Assembly (NCBI RefSeq): GCF_000341395.1
Contig: NC_020304.1
Location: 3,930,001 to 3,962,000, forward strand
Length of the DNA stretch: 32,000 nt
Source: Desulfocapsa sulfexigens DSM 10523
GTDB taxonomy: Bacteria > Desulfobacterota > Desulfobulbia > Desulfobulbales > Desulfocapsaceae
Direction: 5' to 3'
Positions 29,928-32,000 of this stretch are shown one piece after another. A program made the position numbers and the translations under genes. The notes beneath the pieces are model-generated. The model was not told the DNA's origin, did not search any database, and worked only from the letters and a program-made list of their open reading frames with translations. Position 1 is the first letter of the stretch. Each line of letters begins with the position of its first letter.

Positions 29928-31289
29928 TTAGCATGGCGCAAACCCGGGCGTTCTCGGGAAAGGAATAGCCTCACGGATATTACTCATCCCGGTTACAAAC
30001 TGAACAAGCCTCTCAAATCCAAGCCCAAATCCTGCATGAGGTACCGTACCATAACGCCTGAGATCAAGATACCAGTCATATTCCTTTATGTCGATACCAG
30101 CCTCGACCATTCGTCGGGTGAGAACATCAAGCCGTTCTTCGCGCTGGGATCCACCGACAAGTTCACCGATTCCAGGGACCAGAATGTCCATAGCAGCCAC
30201 GGTTTTTCCATCATCACTAAGCCGCATATAAAATGGCTTGATACCTGCCGGATAGTCGGTCACAATAACCGGACACTTATACACTTTTTCAGTAAGATAG
30301 CGCTCATGTTCCGACTGCAGATCAATGCCCCATTGCACTGGAAAATCGAAAATGTCTTTCAAGCTGCTGAGTTTTTCAACAGCCGCGCTGTAAGTGATAT
30401 GGACAAAATCCTTCTCCACCACATCCTGTAACTTCTGCAGCAGTCCCTTTTCAATAAATGAATTGAACAGGGCCAGATCCTCGGAACAGTTTTCCAATAC
30501 GTCTCGCAACACATATTTGAGCAGATCCGTTGCCAGTTTCATATTACAGGCAAGATCACAGAAAGCCATCTCCGGCTCCAGCATCCAGAATTCCGCGAGG
30601 TGGCGACTGGTATTGGAATTTTCTGCTCTGAAAGTGGGCCCAAATGTATACACCTGGCCAAGAGCCAGAGCATACACCTCAGCCTGCAGCTGACCACTCA
30701 CGGTGAGTCCTGCCTGAGAACCAAAAAATGGCTTATTATTCTTGTCTTTTTCACCCGTGGCATGAACCTGAAACATCTCACCCGCACCTTCACAATCACT
30801 TGTGGTGATCACAGGTGTGTGAACCTGAACAAACTCCCGTTCCTGAAAAAAGGTATTTATGGCAAAGGAGAGTCGGGAACGTACCCGGGTCACCGCACCA
30901 AGGGCGTTGGTTCGAGGCCTCAGGTGACTGATGGTTCTTAAGAATTCCAGTGAATGGCGCTTCTTCTGCAAAGGATAGGTATCCGGATCCGCCCAGCCCA
31001 GCACCTCAACGGACTCGGCATTCAGCTCCACATCCTGCCCCTTCGCTGGAGATTTCTGCAACAGCCCCGTTACAATAACGCTACAACCGGCACTGAGCCT
31101 AATTATCTCCCGATCATAATTCTCAAGTGTTTTATCTGCTATGACCTGGATGTTTGCCAGACTTGAGCCATCATTCACTTCAAGAAAGGAAAAGGAACCG
31201 GTATCACGCCGGGTCCGTATCCACCCCCGTACTGTTACCAGCTCATCGGTTATTCCTGCTCTAAGGATTGTTTTAATTCGTCTATCCAT
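29928..31289 (-). CDS. asnS: Asparaginyl-tRNA synthetase
   Basis: The ORF track gives 29928..31346, but homology suggests a start at 'MDRRIKTILRAGITDELVTVRGWIRTRRDTGSFSFLEVNDGSS' (31289). Class IIb motifs 'GLTVSGQLQAEVYALALGQVYTFGPTFRAENSNTSRHLAEFWMLEPE' and 'GFGLGFERLVQFVTGMSNIREAIPFPRTPG'. Confidence 0.95.
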   Translation of the reverse strand: MDRRIKTILRAGITDELVTVRGWIRTRRDTGSFSFLEVNDGSSLANIQVIADKTLENYDREIIRLSAGCSVIVTGLLQKSPAKGQDVELNAESVEVLGWADPDTYPLQKKRHSLEFLRTISHLRPRTNALGAVTRVRSRLSFAINTFFQEREFVQVHTPVITTSDCEGAGEMFQVHATGEKDKNNKPFFGSQAGLTVSGQLQAEVYALALGQVYTFGPTFRAENSNTSRHLAEFWMLEPEMAFCDLACNMKLATDLLKYVLRDVLENCSEDLALFNSFIEKGLLQKLQDVVEKDFVHITYSAAVEKLSSLKDIFDFPVQWGIDLQSEHERYLTEKVYKCPVIVTDYPAGIKPFYMRLSDDGKTVAAMDILVPGIGELVGGSQREERLDVLTRRMVEAGIDIKEYDWYLDLRRYGTVPHAGFGLGFERLVQFVTGMSNIREAIPFPRTPGFAPC

Positions 31290-32000
31290 TCTTTTGATTT
31301 CCAATATAATGAAACAGCGCAAGTTCCCCAGATCCTGAGAGCTCATCTGGGGCAGTATTACTTATCTCGGCAAGATGGGCACCCACAACCGAGCACTTCA
31401 CAGTAAGAAGAAAAAATATTTCGGCTTCTGCCTCGGAAAGGGTTTCAAAATTCCCCTGCCCCTTCGATATAATCAGATCAGCAGCTTTAAAGGCCTGCAG
31501 CAGTTCTGGGGAACAGCTTTCCAGGGGGGTTCCGGGACAACTCGTCCCGTTTTCAACAACACGGGCAATTTTGTCCATCCCGCAGGATTTCGCATCAGCA
31601 AGCAGGGCATCATTTATAATAGGGCCGCTCTTCACAACCACGGTCACATCAAGTCCCATGGCAGCAAGCTCACTGACCACCAGAGAATCATACACGATTT
31701 CACCAGAGTTATCAGCCAGATAAAGCACCCTAGAACCCCTTGCCAGCCCCCGTGCCCTGTTGAGGAATTGCTCACAATGATCGATGGCAAAGGGTGCTTT
31801 CAGGCAACGTGCCATGACCGCATCCACATCAAAACTGTGCATGGCACCATAATCGATAATATTACCACCGATTGCAAACCGCAAAGCGGTGGCCAGTGGG
31901 TCCGTGGCTGCACCAATCTGTCTTTCACACTCGGGTAAAAGAGCAAGTGCCTGCCGGTTAGATTGCTTTTTTATCTCAAGATAGGGATCGGCACAACCGG
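31282..32000 (-). CDS. DUF89/ARMT1-like domain protein, 5' end truncated by the window edge
   Basis: The frame stays open to base 32000 ('...CADPYLEIKKQSNRQALALLPECERQIGAATDPLATALRFAIGGNIIDYGAMHSFD...'); also 'RVLYLADNSGEIVYDSLVVSELAAMGLDVTVVVKSGPIINDAL', 'ADLIISKGQGNFETLSE'. Confidence 0.82.
   Translation of the reverse strand, partial: GCADPYLEIKKQSNRQALALLPECERQIGAATDPLATALRFAIGGNIIDYGAMHSFDVDAVMARCLKAPFAIDHCEQFLNRARGLARGSRVLYLADNSGEIVYDSLVVSELAAMGLDVTVVVKSGPIINDALLADAKSCGMDKIARVVENGTSCPGTPLESCSPELLQAFKAADLIISKGQGNFETLSEAEAEIFFLLTVKCSVVGAHLAEISNTAPDELSGSGELALFHYIGNQKNG

Overview
This window looks like part of a Desulfobulbales/Desulfobacterota-like chromosome (taxonomy is inferred from protein flavour, not tested). 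Its centre is a complete type I-C CRISPR-Cas locus on the minus strand: cas3-cas5c-cas8c-cas7c-[RhuM/Fic fusion]-cas4-cas1-cas2, then a leader and an array of 9 identical 32-bp repeats with 8 spacers. The most unusual feature is a gene of about 329 aa, with a RhuM-like/HTH N-terminus and a Fic/Doc C-terminus (HPFVDGNKRIG), set in the same orientation between cas7 and cas4, 15 nt from the provided cas4 start. Left of the locus are a TolC-like outer-membrane protein gene and the acidic C-terminus of a truncated ORF. To the right are a divergent region of about 590 bp containing unexplained hairpins, a Tat-signal superoxide-reductase-like protein, rlmD, lysS, lolC/E, lolD, a Pif1-HRDC-HTH helicase, a divergent PRPP-synthetase-like gene overlapping leuB, and a three-gene unit (PhnD-like SBP, hybrid PAS histidine kinase, PhnD-like SBP) with no transporter genes. 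The far right is a minus-strand cluster: a DUF89-like partial gene, asnS, ubiE/menG, hisD and rsmG. All calls come from reading sequence motifs; no database search was run.
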